Part shown: positions 30,289-40,577 of the stretch, piece after piece | Numbering within the stretch: the first letter of the stretch is position 1 | Layout of the letters: every line of letters starts with the position of its first letter | Source of the DNA: Bacilli bacterium | GTDB lineage: Bacteria > Bacillota_I > Bacilli_A > RF39 > UBA660 | NCBI GenBank assembly: GCA_017617435.1 | Contig: JAFZWF010000009.1 | Coordinates: 12,026-76,025 of the forward strand | DNA: 64,000 nt | Direction: 5' to 3' | Program-made: the position numbers and the translations under genes | Notes under the pieces: model-generated | The model's input: the letters and a program-made list of their open reading frames with translations, nothing else | The model's database searches: none | Told to the model about the DNA's origin: nothing

Positions 30289-33200
30289 ATGGATAAGATA
30301 TTTGATATTCTAAATTATGAATCTGGAAAATCAATATCCGGCTTAACAAATGAGTTAAGCGTTTTTTGCGTTATTAACAAGTATAGAAATACAAATGGAA
30401 ATATATTAGTAGTAACAAATTCTGTATATGAAGCAAACAATTTTTATAAAATGATTACCAACTATACTAATAATGTTTCTATATTTCCAATGGATGATTT
30501 TATTACATCTGTTGCAATAGCTATTTCTCCTGAATTTAAAGCATCAAGATTAGATGTTTTGAATCATAATTTTAAACATCAAATAATTGTTACCAATTTG
30601 ATGGGATATTTAAGATTTTTACCATCAATTAAATCTTACAAAGAAAATTTAATTGATTTAAAAAAAGGAATAGAGATTAATAGAAATGAATTAATTGAAA
30701 ATCTTGAAGTTCTTGGTTATAAAAGGGAATCTCTAGTTACATCAACTGGTGAATATGCTGTTAGAGGATTTGTTCTTGATATTTTTGTAATGGGTAATTC
30801 CAACCCTGTAAGAATTGTATTTTTTGATAATGAAATTGAAAGTATCAAGGAATTTGATACTGAGACACAATTAACTACTGCTGTTTTAGATGAACTATCA
30901 ATAACTCCATTTTCTGAACAGTTTTCAAATGAAAACAGTTCTTTATATGATTATATTGATCCTGAATGGACATTCTTTATCGATAAACCTCAGATTGATG
31001 CAGCTTATAAAAAACTTCAACTTGATATAACAGAATTTTTTGAACGAAAAAATGAAAATTATCACAAGTTGATGTTCAACTTTGAAGATATCAAATATAA
31101 AAAATATAATAATCTTGATAAATTTAATTATTCTACAGATGATGTTGATTTAAATGCAAAAGAAATTTCAAATTACTATGGCAATTTAGATAATTTAAAA
31201 ACTGATGTTGATAAATTATTACTTGGTGGAAAGCAAATTTATTTTTGCACGAAAAATAAAGATTTAAAATCAAGTTTAATAGATTTATTTGATAGTAAGG
31301 TATCAATTATACCTATAGAAATAAACAAAGGATTTATTTTTGATAAGTATGCTATTTTTTCTACTAATGATGTATATGGAAAAAATGATGAAAAGATTGT
31401 TTATAAGAATACATATCATTTTGGAAAAAAAGTTAAATATGCTAACCAATTAGAAGTTGGAGATTATGTAGTTCACATTGGCTATGGAATATGTCAGTAT
31501 GTTGGAATTGTAAGTTTATCAAAAAATGGCTTAATTAAAGACTATTTACAACTCAATTTTGCGGGAAATGATAAAATATATGTACCTGTTGAAAATATTA
31601 ATAATCTTTATAAATATGGTGATGCAGATGGAACTGCACCGAAACTAAATCATTTAAATTCAACACTTTGGACTAAAACTAAAGCAACAATAAGAAAAAA
31701 GATAAATGATATATCAGAAAAACTTATAAAGTTGTACAAAGAAAGAGCTAATACAACAGGTGAATCATATAGGGATTTACCTGAGGAAGAAATTTTTGCA
31801 TCTGAATTTATATATGAACTAACAAAAGATCAGATGAAAGCAATCGATGATATAAATCAAGATTTAAGAAACAAAAAACCTATGGATCGTTTACTATGTG
31901 GAGATGTAGGATTTGGTAAAACCGAAGTTGCATTTAGAGCAATGTTTAAAACGGTCTATAATGGAGCCCAAGTTTTATATTTATGTCCTACAACGATATT
32001 GTCAAAACAACAGTATGAAAGTGCAATATCAAGATTTGTTAACTTCCCAGTAGAAATAGCTTTAGTTAATCGTTTTACAACACAAAAAGAGTATAAAAAA
32101 ATTCTTGAAGGTTTAGAAAGTGGAAAAATAGATATTGTTATTGGAACTCATCGATTATTAAATGATGAAATTAAGCTTAAAAAATTAGGTTTACTTATTA
32201 TAGATGAAGAACAAAGATTTGGGGTAACTCATAAAGAAAAAATTAAAGAAGTAAAAACCAATGTAAACGTTTTAACTTTGTCAGCAACTCCAATACCAAG
32301 AACCATGAAGATGGCTTTATCTGGAGTAAGGGATATGTCTATTATAGATACTCCACCTGTTGATAGATATCCTATTCAAACTTATGTTATTGAAGATAAC
32401 GATTTACTTGTTAAAGATGCAATTTATAAAGAATTATCTAGAAATGGTCAAGTTTTTATTTTATATAATTCAGTAGAGCACATAATGAGTAGAGCAAACC
32501 TTATAAAAAAATTGGTTCCAGATGCTAGAATATGTGTTGCTCACGGTCAGATGAATAAAATTGAACTAGAAGATATTATGGAAGATTTTATTGATTATAA
32601 ATATGATGTTTTAATATGTACCACAATTATTGAAACAGGTATAGATATTCCAAATGCGAATACTTTAATTGTTTATGATGCTGATAAGTTTGGTTTAAGT
32701 CAACTTTATCAGTTAAGAGGTCGAGTAGGAAGAACTAATAGAATTGCTTATACTTATCTATTATATAAACCTGGTAAATTACTAACAGAAAGCGCCACTA
32801 AGAGATTAGAGGCGATAAAAGAATATACAGAACTAGGTAGTGGATATAGAATAGCTATGAAAGATTTATCAATAAGAGGAGCTGGTGATTTAATAGGAAG
32901 TGAACAAGCCGGATTTATTGATTCTGTTGGTATAAGTTTGTATACTAAATTAATTTCTGAAAGTTTATCTGGAAATGAAACTGATTTACTTGAAAATACG
33001 AAAGAAGGAAATAATTTAATTAATGTTGAAACACATATTAGTGATGATTATGTTAGCGATGATGATATAAAAATAGAGATACATCAATTGATTAATACAG
33101 TTGTTTCAAGTCAAACGTTTAATAATGTTAAGGCAGAACTTGAAAATAGATTTGGTAAATTACCTCAAGAACTTGAAATTTATATGTATGAAGAATGGTT

Positions 33201-33447
33201 TGATAGTATGGCGAAGTCATGCAATATAACAAGGGTTTTACAAAATGAAAGACTTATTGAAATAACTCTTCCTAAAAATATGTCTCAAAGTATCAAAGGT
33301 GATACACTATTTATTGAAGCTATGCAAATATCTCAAAATTTCAAATTTAAGTATGTTAATGAATGTATAGTAATTCAGTTTTTTATTAAAAAAGATGATA
33401 AACATTTCCTATATTATTTAGTACCTTTATTAGAAAAAATAGTTTAA
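30289..33447 (+). CDS. mfd: transcription-repair coupling factor
   Basis: 1052 aa. CarD-like LEVGDYVVHIGYGI, helicase motifs GDVGFGKTEVA, DEEQRFGV, LSATPIPRT, QLRGRVGR. Confidence 0.95.
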   Translation: MDKIFDILNYESGKSISGLTNELSVFCVINKYRNTNGNILVVTNSVYEANNFYKMITNYTNNVSIFPMDDFITSVAIAISPEFKASRLDVLNHNFKHQIIVTNLMGYLRFLPSIKSYKENLIDLKKGIEINRNELIENLEVLGYKRESLVTSTGEYAVRGFVLDIFVMGNSNPVRIVFFDNEIESIKEFDTETQLTTAVLDELSITPFSEQFSNENSSLYDYIDPEWTFFIDKPQIDAAYKKLQLDITEFFERKNENYHKLMFNFEDIKYKKYNNLDKFNYSTDDVDLNAKEISNYYGNLDNLKTDVDKLLLGGKQIYFCTKNKDLKSSLIDLFDSKVSIIPIEINKGFIFDKYAIFSTNDVYGKNDEKIVYKNTYHFGKKVKYANQLEVGDYVVHIGYGICQYVGIVSLSKNGLIKDYLQLNFAGNDKIYVPVENINNLYKYGDADGTAPKLNHLNSTLWTKTKATIRKKINDISEKLIKLYKERANTTGESYRDLPEEEIFASEFIYELTKDQMKAIDDINQDLRNKKPMDRLLCGDVGFGKTEVAFRAMFKTVYNGAQVLYLCPTTILSKQQYESAISRFVNFPVEIALVNRFTTQKEYKKILEGLESGKIDIVIGTHRLLNDEIKLKKLGLLIIDEEQRFGVTHKEKIKEVKTNVNVLTLSATPIPRTMKMALSGVRDMSIIDTPPVDRYPIQTYVIEDNDLLVKDAIYKELSRNGQVFILYNSVEHIMSRANLIKKLVPDARICVAHGQMNKIELEDIMEDFIDYKYDVLICTTIIETGIDIPNANTLIVYDADKFGLSQLYQLRGRVGRTNRIAYTYLLYKPGKLLTESATKRLEAIKEYTELGSGYRIAMKDLSIRGAGDLIGSEQAGFIDSVGISLYTKLISESLSGNETDLLENTKEGNNLINVETHISDDYVSDDDIKIEIHQLINTVVSSQTFNNVKAELENRFGKLPQELEIYMYEEWFDSMAKSCNITRVLQNERLIEITLPKNMSQSIKGDTLFIEAMQISQNFKFKYVNECIVIQFFIKKDDKHFLYYLVPLLEKIV

Positions 33448-33484
33448 AAAAAGAGATTTACTGATTTTCAGTAAATCTCTTTTT
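33448..33484. terminator. bidirectional terminator between the convergent mfd and ppa
   Basis: 16-bp perfect stem AAAAAGAGATTTACTG/CAGTAAATCTCTTTTT with a 5-nt loop. Overlaps the ppa 3' end. Confidence 0.6.
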
Positions 33485-33940
33485 ACATTCTTCAATTAAT
33501 TTTTTGGTTTCTTCAATACCATAAATGTTTCCAACTTCAACTTGTATTCCCTGTAAGTGCTTGTATGTTTTGAAGAACTCTTTAATTTCATCTAGTGTAT
33601 GTTCTGGTAAGTCATCTATAGTTTTTATGTGATCATACCTTGGATCATTTGCATTAACGGTTAATACTTTTTCATCACGATAACCATTATCGACAAGTTC
33701 TAAAAACCCAAGAATTCTACCTTTAACAATACATCCAGGAAATGTTGGATGAGTTGTTAAAACTAATATATCGAGTGGGTCTCCATCTCCAGCAAGTGTA
33801 TTTTCAATAAAACCATACTCGCTAGGGTAACTTACACTTGAATAAAGAACACGATCTAATTTTATTCTTCTTGTAACAGGATCAACTTCATATTTATTTT
33901 GAGTTCCCATTGGTATTTCTATTGTAGCTTCAACTTCCAT
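33458..33940 (-). CDS. ppa: inorganic pyrophosphatase, family I
   Basis: 160 aa with EIPMGTQNKYEVD, YGFIENTLAGDGDPLDILV and VDNGYRDEKV signatures. Confidence 0.9.
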   Translation of the reverse strand: MEVEATIEIPMGTQNKYEVDPVTRRIKLDRVLYSSVSYPSEYGFIENTLAGDGDPLDILVLTTHPTFPGCIVKGRILGFLELVDNGYRDEKVLTVNANDPRYDHIKTIDDLPEHTLDEIKEFFKTYKHLQGIQVEVGNIYGIEETKKLIEECKKRFTENQ

Positions 33941-34044
33941 TTTGTCACCTCTATATAAAAAAGTATGTAGTTTTTTTTATAAAAAGTCAATTAATTGTAT
34001 AAATCTCTTTACATAACAAAAAATATTATTAGGAGTGGTAATTT

Positions 34045-34554
34045 TTGAATTATACGGGTGTTATTAGAAGAGTTGATGAACTTGGCAGAATTGTTATACC
34101 AGTTGAAATAAGAAGGTTATTAAACATAAAAGAAGGTGAAAATCTAGAATTTATTATTAAAGATAAATGTATAGAATTAAAGAAAAAATCATTAATTGAA
34201 GAAAATTTTTCTTTTTTTACTCTAATTAGTGAACAGCTTGATGCAATAGTTGAAGGAAAATTTATAATTACGGACAGGGAAAAAGTATTTTCATCAAATA
34301 ATCGAGAAATTTTGAATAAAAAAATTGATAATAAAATAATAAATTTACTACAAAAAAATGAAAGTTCAAAATTGGAAAGTGTTGATCTTTATTTTGATAA
34401 TGAATTAATTAATTCAACATTTTATATATATCCATACTCATTTGAAAATGATATCGGTGGGTTCATTATTTTATATGATATTAAAAAAATAGATGAATAT
34501 AATAAGTTAATAAAATTTTTAATTAATTATATTCATAGCAAATTTAGCTTGTAA
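34045..34554 (+). CDS. spoVT: stage V sporulation protein T (AbrB-type N-terminus + GAF-like C-terminus)
   Basis: TGVIRRVDELGRIVIPVEIRRLLNIKEGENLEF is the SpoVT/AbrB swapped-hairpin motif. 169 aa rather than the ~95 aa of AbrB. Follows mfd as in B. subtilis. TTG start after AGGAG. Confidence 0.75.
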   Translation: MNYTGVIRRVDELGRIVIPVEIRRLLNIKEGENLEFIIKDKCIELKKKSLIEENFSFFTLISEQLDAIVEGKFIITDREKVFSSNNREILNKKIDNKIINLLQKNESSKLESVDLYFDNELINSTFYIYPYSFENDIGGFIILYDIKKIDEYNKLIKFLINYIHSKFSL

Positions 34555-34555
34555 C

Positions 34556-34584
34556 TTGAATTTATACAAATCATGTGTTAAAAT
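34556..34584 (+). promoter_or_regulatory. promoter of the metG T-box leader
   Basis: TTGAAT, 17 bp spacer, TAAAAT, with a TGT extended -10. Confidence 0.5.
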
Positions 34585-34590
34585 CGAAAG

Positions 34591-34800
34591 TAATTTAAGT
34601 GATGAAGGAAAGAGAGAAGCATATAATTTAAATTATAAGAGAGTGATGTTAGGTGAAAGATCACATTTAAATTGTTTCGAAAATGGCTCCGGAGCTTAAT
34701 CGTATAGTTCGCGTTAAGAATTAAAGAGTATGAATTAATTCATAAATTAAGGTGGTACCGCGGGGTTACTCTCGTCCTTTAGTTTATGAATTTTTTTTAG
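34591..34800 (+). promoter_or_regulatory. T-box riboswitch leader (methionyl)
   Basis: Conserved T-box AAATTAAGGTGGTACCGCGG at 34744-34763. Stem I elements AGAGAG and GGTGAAAG. Candidate specifier ATG at 34683-34685. Terminator arms AATTCATAAA/TTTATGAATT plus 8 T (to 34798). Sits directly upstream of metG. Confidence 0.85.
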
Positions 34801-34820
34801 TTTATAAGGAGGAATTAATT

Positions 34821-36353
34821 ATGGACAAAAAGTTTTATATAACAACACCAATATACTATCCTAGTGCTAATTTCCATATTGGTCACTGTTATACAACAAT
34901 AATATGTGATGCTATTGCAAGATTTAAAAGACTAGAAGGTTATGATACATTTTATTTAACTGGTACGGATGAACATGGTCAAAAAATACAAAAGAAAGCT
35001 GAAGAAGCTGGTGTTACACCAAAAGAATATGTTGATAAAATTGTAGATGATGCAAAAGACTTATGGAAAAGTCTAGGTATTACATATGATAAATTTATTA
35101 GAACTACTGATGAAGAACACGTTGAATGTGTTCAGAAAATATTTAAACAATTATATGACCAAGGTGACATTTATAAAGGTGAGTATAAAGGATTATATTG
35201 CACTCCTTGTGAATCATTTTGGACTGAATCACAATTAGTTGAAGGTAAATGCCCAGATTGTGGAAGAGATGTTTATGAAGTTACTGAAGAAGCTTACTTC
35301 TTAAAATTATCTAAATACCAAGATAAATTAGTTAAGTACTATGAAGAACATCCTGATTTTATTGAACCACTTTCAAGAAAAAATGAAATGATAAATAATT
35401 TTATTAAACCTGGTCTTGATGATTTATGTGTATCTCGTACAAGTTTCGACTGGGGGATACCTGTTACTTTTGATGATAAACATGTTGTTTATGTATGGCT
35501 TGATGCTCTTTCTAACTATATTTCAGCATTAGGATATAAATCAAATGATGAAACATTGTTTAATAAGTACTGGCCAGCAGATGTTCATGTTGTAGGAAAA
35601 GAAATTGTCAGATTCCATGTAATTATTTGGCCAATCATGTTAATGGCTTTAGGATTAGAACTTCCTAAGAAGGTATTTGGTCATGGATGGTTAGTAATAG
35701 ATGGTGGTAAAATATCTAAAAGTTTTGGAAACGGAAAAGATCCACGCGAATTTATTAAAGCATACGGCGTTGATGCTGTTAGATATTTTGTTTTAAGAGA
35801 GGTTCCTTTTGGAAGTGACGGTAATTTTTCAGAAGAAGCATTAATAAATAGAACCAATGCTGATCTTGTTAATGTACTAGGAAATTTGGTAAATCGAACT
35901 ATTAGTATGAATCATAAGTACTTTGATGGTGTTGTTTTAAATGCTGATGTATCTGAACAATTAGATAAAGATTTGATTGAATCAACTACTAAATTACATG
36001 AATTAGTAATAAAAAATGTAGAAGATTTAAAAGTTGGAGATGCTCTTCAAGAAATTTTCGAAGTTTTAAGAAAGGCAAATAAATATATTGATGATACAAC
36101 ACCATGGATCCTTGCTAAAGATGAGACAAAACAAGACAGACTTAAGACGGTGTTATATAATTTACTTGAAACAATAAGAATATGTGCTGTATACTTACAA
36201 GCATTTATTCCTGAAACTGCAGAAAAAATATTCAATCAATTAAATACTAAACAAACGTCTTTTGAAAGTGCAAAGGAATTTGGATTACTAGAACAAAATA
36301 TTAAACTAAATGAACCTATTCATTTATTTGATCGTATTGAAGTAAAAGAATAA
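34821..36353 (+). CDS. metG: methionine--tRNA ligase (short form)
   Basis: Start is ATG 34821 after AAGGAGG. HIGH-type PSANFHIGH, zinc knuckles CTPCESF/CPDCGR, KMSKS-type KISKSFGN. No C-terminal tRNA-binding domain. Confidence 0.95.
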   Translation: MDKKFYITTPIYYPSANFHIGHCYTTIICDAIARFKRLEGYDTFYLTGTDEHGQKIQKKAEEAGVTPKEYVDKIVDDAKDLWKSLGITYDKFIRTTDEEHVECVQKIFKQLYDQGDIYKGEYKGLYCTPCESFWTESQLVEGKCPDCGRDVYEVTEEAYFLKLSKYQDKLVKYYEEHPDFIEPLSRKNEMINNFIKPGLDDLCVSRTSFDWGIPVTFDDKHVVYVWLDALSNYISALGYKSNDETLFNKYWPADVHVVGKEIVRFHVIIWPIMLMALGLELPKKVFGHGWLVIDGGKISKSFGNGKDPREFIKAYGVDAVRYFVLREVPFGSDGNFSEEALINRTNADLVNVLGNLVNRTISMNHKYFDGVVLNADVSEQLDKDLIESTTKLHELVIKNVEDLKVGDALQEIFEVLRKANKYIDDTTPWILAKDETKQDRLKTVLYNLLETIRICAVYLQAFIPETAEKIFNQLNTKQTSFESAKEFGLLEQNIKLNEPIHLFDRIEVKE

Positions 36354-36369
36354 CGTATTTCCCGGAATT

Positions 36370-36385
36370 TATTTCCCGGGAAATA
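36370..36385. other. Noc-binding site (NBS) palindrome TATTTCCCGGGAAATA after metG
   Basis: Exact 16-mer followed by a T-run. Preceded by an overlapping degenerate copy TATTTCCCGGAATTTA at 36356-36371. May double as the metG terminator hairpin. Confidence 0.65.
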
Positions 36386-36419
36386 TTTTTTTGGTATAAT
36401 TTAGTTATAGGTGATTTCA

Positions 36420-37172
36420 ATGTTTACTGACACGCATTGTCATTTTGAAAAACAATATTATGATAATTATAATGAAGTATTTCAAAATGCTTTTAATAAT
36501 AATGTAAGTAGGTTTATAGCTTGTGGTTGTTCTAAAGATGCTAACGCTGAGGCCATAAATTTATCAAATAATAATGATTTCGTTTACACAACGATAGGTT
36601 TTCATCCTGATCAAGCTAACTTCTACACAGATAAAGACCTAGAAGAACTTAAAAAATTAATTATAACTAATAAGAAAGTTATTGGTATAGGTGAAATAGG
36701 ACTTGATTATCATTATGACGGGTACGATAAAGATAAGCAAATAACACTATTTGAAAAACAATTGAAAATTGCTGAAGAACTTAAACTTCCTGTTGTAATA
36801 CATAGTAGAGATGCTACTCAAAATACTATTGATATATTGAAAAAATATAATGTTAAAGGAGTTATTCACTCATTTAGTGGATCCTTTGAAGTTGCAAAGA
36901 TATACATAAGCATGGGGTTTAAACTTGGAGTTAACGGAGTTGTAACTTTCAAAAACAGTAATTTATCAGATACTTTATCTAAACTTGATATCAGTAATTT
37001 GGTTTTAGAAACTGATTCCCCATATTTAACACCTGAACCATTTAGAGGGCAAAAAAACGAGAGTAAAAATATTTTATATATCGCAAAAAAAATATCAGAA
37101 ATTTATAATATAGATTTGGAAAAAGTCTCAGAAATTACCAATAAGAATATCAAGGAGATTTTTGACATATAG
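36420..37172 (+). CDS. tatD: TatD-family metal-dependent DNase/hydrolase (YabD)
   Basis: MFTDTHCHF, GEIGLDYHY, VIHSRDA, ETDSPYL motifs. Follows metG as yabD does in B. subtilis. Confidence 0.9.
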   Translation: MFTDTHCHFEKQYYDNYNEVFQNAFNNNVSRFIACGCSKDANAEAINLSNNNDFVYTTIGFHPDQANFYTDKDLEELKKLIITNKKVIGIGEIGLDYHYDGYDKDKQITLFEKQLKIAEELKLPVVIHSRDATQNTIDILKKYNVKGVIHSFSGSFEVAKIYISMGFKLGVNGVVTFKNSNLSDTLSKLDISNLVLETDSPYLTPEPFRGQKNESKNILYIAKKISEIYNIDLEKVSEITNKNIKEIFDI

Positions 37173-37216
37173 GACATTTATATGCTAAAATAATTGCATT
37201 CAAAAGAGGTGATAAT

Positions 37217-37756
37217 ATGATAAAAAAGACGATAAAATATGTTTCTCGTTTTGTTAAGATAGCTTTGTTTGTATCTTTAGTTTTTATCATTGAATCAAGC
37301 TCTAGTAGATTTTTAAAGAAAGTCGAAAATGAAAATTTTAATCGAAATGTTGATTTATCAACAATGGCATTAAAAGTTACAGAAATGGCTGAAAACGATT
37401 TATATACTGCAGTTGATACATTTACTGGATCATTAACTGGTTATTCACACGATTGCCCTTTATGTGGTGGAACTCTTGCATGTGCACCTAGTTATAATGT
37501 AAGAGACCGAAGAGATTATTATCCTGATAAAGAATATGGAATTGTTAAAATTGTTGCATCAAGCAAGAATTTACCATGTGGTACAATTATTAGATTTAAT
37601 CAACCAAAAATTTCACCAGATCCAATTTTCGCAATAGTTTTGGATCGAGGTGTTCCAGGAAATAATCTTGATTTACTTGTTGAGACTGAAGAATATGCAT
37701 CAAAATATATTGGTAGATCAACAGTAACATATGATGTTCTTAGAACAGGATGGTAA
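37217..37756 (+). CDS. 3D-domain (RlpA-like double-psi beta-barrel) cell-wall protein, YabE-like
   Basis: N-terminal TM anchor. LTGYSHDCPLCGG...CGTIIRF...VLDRGVPGNNLDLL resembles 3D domains. Position equals yabE. Confidence 0.6.
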   Translation: MIKKTIKYVSRFVKIALFVSLVFIIESSSSRFLKKVENENFNRNVDLSTMALKVTEMAENDLYTAVDTFTGSLTGYSHDCPLCGGTLACAPSYNVRDRRDYYPDKEYGIVKIVASSKNLPCGTIIRFNQPKISPDPIFAIVLDRGVPGNNLDLLVETEEYASKYIGRSTVTYDVLRTGW

Positions 37757-37792
37757 AACATTCTGTTTTGTTTATTAGAAAGGAATTTTTTT

Positions 37793-38563
37793 ATGAAAGC
37801 TAAAAAATCTTTGGGGCAAAATTTCTTACAAGATAATAACGTAATTGATAAAATAGTTAATTCAGTTGATGTTAGTGAAGATGATTTAATAATTGAGATT
37901 GGTCCTGGTCAGGGTGCTTTAACCAAAAAACTAAAGAACAAAAAAGCATCATTAATTGCTTTCGAAATTGATGAAAGAATGCATGAATGCTTAGATCAAC
38001 TGGTTGATAATAAAACAACAATTATTTTTGAAGATATTTTATCTGTAGATTTAAATAAATTATTAACAGAAAAAAAATATAATAAATTATACGTAGTAGC
38101 AAACTTACCGTATTATATTACAACACCGATAATAGAAAAATTAATTAATTTAGATATTAAGATAGATTCAATGGTTGTTATGGTTCAAAATGAAGTTGCA
38201 GATAGATTTTGTGCTAAACCAAAAACAAGAGATTATGGCTATATGACTGTTTTATTAAACGCATTTTATAAGGTTGAAAAACTATTTATTGTAAAAAATA
38301 CATGTTTTATACCTGCTCCAAAAGTTGATTCTGCAGTTATAAAATTTAATCTAAAAGAGAAAAATTTTGATTATGATAAAGAAAAATTTAAAAAACTCGT
38401 TTCACTTTCTTTTGCACATAAAAGGAAAACATTAAAAAATAATTTGCCAGATGATATATGGAAGAAGATTGTGCCTTATTTAGTTGATAAAGATATTAGT
38501 TTAAGTGTTAGAGCAGAAGAACTATCAACAGATGTGTACATAGATTTTAGTAATTTAGTTTAA
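37793..38563 (+). CDS. rsmA: 16S rRNA (adenine1518/1519-N6)-dimethyltransferase
   Basis: KSLGQNFL, EIGPGQGALT, ANLPYYITTP. Confidence 0.95.
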   Translation: MKAKKSLGQNFLQDNNVIDKIVNSVDVSEDDLIIEIGPGQGALTKKLKNKKASLIAFEIDERMHECLDQLVDNKTTIIFEDILSVDLNKLLTEKKYNKLYVVANLPYYITTPIIEKLINLDIKIDSMVVMVQNEVADRFCAKPKTRDYGYMTVLLNAFYKVEKLFIVKNTCFIPAPKVDSAVIKFNLKEKNFDYDKEKFKKLVSLSFAHKRKTLKNNLPDDIWKKIVPYLVDKDISLSVRAEELSTDVYIDFSNLV

Positions 38564-38594
38564 ACATAATTCATAGAATTACATAGGTGGTTCT

Positions 38595-39365
38595 ATGAAT
38601 TTTAATTTGGGGGATTTTGTTACAAGGAAAAGTTATAAACATGATATTCTTTTTAAAATAATAAAAATAGAAGAAGATATAGTATATCTTAAAGGTGTTA
38701 ATGTGAGACTACTTGCTGATGCTCCGATAACTGATGTAGAAATACATGAAGAAAATATACGTGACGACTTTAATGTTGCAATTAGTAACAATAAACTTGA
38801 TAGAGATGGTTATTTTTATCTTCCTGGAAAAGTTCTTCATCTAGACGGCGATGGTGAATATCTTGATAGGTGTTTAAAATTTTATAAAGAAAATAAAATT
38901 TATGCTATAGGAAAAAAAGTAAAAGAAGAAAATATGTCGAGTCAAGTTTCTGCTTTGTTAAATGAATATAAACCTGACATTTTGGTTATAACTGGTCATG
39001 ATGCATATAATAAAAAAGCTGGTGACATAAATAACATAAATAATTATAAAAACTCAAACAATTTTGTTAAAACTGTTAAAGCTGCAAGAAAATATGAAAA
39101 GAGTCATGAAAAACTTATTATTATCTCTGGCGCTTGCCAAAGTGATTATGAGGAACTTATTAAAGCAGGATCAAATTTTGCATCTAGTCCCAAAAGAATT
39201 AACATCCATGCTCTTGATCCAGCAATAATAGCAACAACTGTTGCTATAACTGAAAGAAATAAAGAATTGGATTTGATAAATTTATTAAATAAAACAAAGT
39301 ATGGACCTGACGGTATGGGTGGATTATTAGGTAATGGTGTTATGTATGTGGGGTTTCCTAGGTAA
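38595..39365 (+). CDS. yabG: sporulation-specific protease YabG
   Basis: GDFVTRKSYKHDILFKI, ILVITGHDAY and GACQS blocks typical of peptidase U57. Synteny rsmA-yabG-veg. Confidence 0.8.
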   Translation: MNFNLGDFVTRKSYKHDILFKIIKIEEDIVYLKGVNVRLLADAPITDVEIHEENIRDDFNVAISNNKLDRDGYFYLPGKVLHLDGDGEYLDRCLKFYKENKIYAIGKKVKEENMSSQVSALLNEYKPDILVITGHDAYNKKAGDINNINNYKNSNNFVKTVKAARKYEKSHEKLIIISGACQSDYEELIKAGSNFASSPKRINIHALDPAIIATTVAITERNKELDLINLLNKTKYGPDGMGGLLGNGVMYVGFPR

Positions 39366-39577
39366 TGAATTTAGATATAATAAAAGATAAAATCAAAAAT
39401 AAAATAAATTCAAGCGTAATAATAACTGTAAAAGGTATAAGAAACAAAAAGCAAATATATGAAGGAAAAATATATAAATTATATCCAAATATATTCAGTA
39501 TATTAACAAGAAATGGAGAAAAATCTTTTTCATATGCCGATGTTGTAACTAAAGATATTTTAATAAAATACATATAA
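39365..39577 (+). CDS. veg: Veg protein (DUF1021)
   Basis: 70 aa. IKDKIKNKINSSVIITVKGIRNKK...GKIYKLYPNIFSI...SFSYADV fits Veg. TAATG overlap with yabG. Confidence 0.8.
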   Translation: MNLDIIKDKIKNKINSSVIITVKGIRNKKQIYEGKIYKLYPNIFSILTRNGEKSFSYADVVTKDILIKYI

Positions 39578-39633
39578 TTTTTTATTGTAATTTGAAAAAT
39601 ATGATATAATTAATACATAGATAGGAGGATATA

Positions 39634-39912
39634 ATGAAAATTACATCAGTTACTGTTAGAAAGTTTGACCGTGAAGGATCAAACGTGAAAGGATTTGCTT
39701 CAGTTGTTCTAGACGATGCATTTGCCATTCATGACATAAGAATTATAGAAGGAGAAAATGGTTTATTCATCGCTATGCCTAGTAAGAAAAAAGCTACTGG
39801 TGGATTTAGCGACATTTGTCATCCTCTAAATTCTGATGTACGTAAAGAATTTCAAGATGCAATATTAGAAGAGTATAATAATACTCCAGATGTTGCTACT
39901 GAAAATGAATAA
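39634..39912 (+). CDS. spoVG: septation protein SpoVG
   Basis: MKITSVTVRKF...KGFASVVLDDAFAIHDIRIIEGENGLFIAMPS is near-canonical SpoVG. RBS AGGAGG. Confidence 0.95.
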   Translation: MKITSVTVRKFDREGSNVKGFASVVLDDAFAIHDIRIIEGENGLFIAMPSKKKATGGFSDICHPLNSDVRKEFQDAILEEYNNTPDVATENE

Positions 39913-39935
39913 AATGCTCATTAGAGCATTTTTTT
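39911..39935 (+). terminator. rho-independent terminator after spoVG
   Basis: AAAATGCTC-ATTA-GAGCATTTT followed by T-run. Confidence 0.65.
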
Positions 39936-39973
39936 AATGCCTTAAACATATATTAATATTGGTGAAATAATAT

Positions 39974-40249
39974 ATGAATGAAAATGTTTATAAAACACAT
40001 GAATTAAAAATGATAAATAGAGAAACTCTTAACTTATCTGGAGTTAATAAAGTAATTAATTTTGATAATGATGAATTTTTTCTTAATTCTGTTATGGGTG
40101 ATATATATGTTAAGGGGAAAAATTTAGAAGTATTGCAGTTAGATACCGATAAAGGCGATATTAAAATTAAAGGAAAAATAAATAGTATCATTTATAGTGA
40201 TTCAAAAAAAGAAAATAAAGAGTCTTTATTTTCAAAGTTATTTAAATGA
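39974..40249 (+). CDS. yabP: sporulation protein YabP
   Basis: 91 aa. NRETLNLSGVNKVINFDNDEFFLNSVMGDIYVKGKNLEV matches the YabP/YqfC fold family. Confidence 0.8.
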   Translation: MNENVYKTHELKMINRETLNLSGVNKVINFDNDEFFLNSVMGDIYVKGKNLEVLQLDTDKGDIKIKGKINSIIYSDSKKENKESLFSKLFK

Positions 40250-40551
40250 TAAATAGTAATCTACAATTATTTAGCTGGATAATATCACTATTTATTGGTT
40301 TTATATATTATTTTATTTTGAATTACATATATACAAAACTTAACTTTAGAAATATTTTTCTAAAGTTAATTATTGATATTTTCTATATTTTTATAACTTT
40401 CGTTATATTGTCTTATACATATTATAAGATTAATAATGGAGTAATACACTATGGTTATCCTATATTTTATGTTATAGGTTACTATTTAGCTAATAGAGTA
40501 AATATATGTGTAAAGCGACTAAAAAAGGCAATTTTTTTAAAAAATAGATGA
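40246..40551 (+). CDS. yabQ: spore cortex biosynthesis protein YabQ (short form)
   Basis: 101-aa three-TM protein. ATGA overlap with yabP. The call rests mainly on synteny yabP-yabQ-divIC. Confidence 0.5.
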   Translation: MINSNLQLFSWIISLFIGFIYYFILNYIYTKLNFRNIFLKLIIDIFYIFITFVILSYTYYKINNGVIHYGYPIFYVIGYYLANRVNICVKRLKKAIFLKNR

Positions 40552-40577
40552 TATAATATACACAATAGGTGGTATCC

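Noticed and set aside
39358-39573. 71-aa minus-strand ORF opposite veg
   Set aside because: Veg on the plus strand matches its family and is coupled to yabG. The antisense ORF is a hydrophobic shadow frame.
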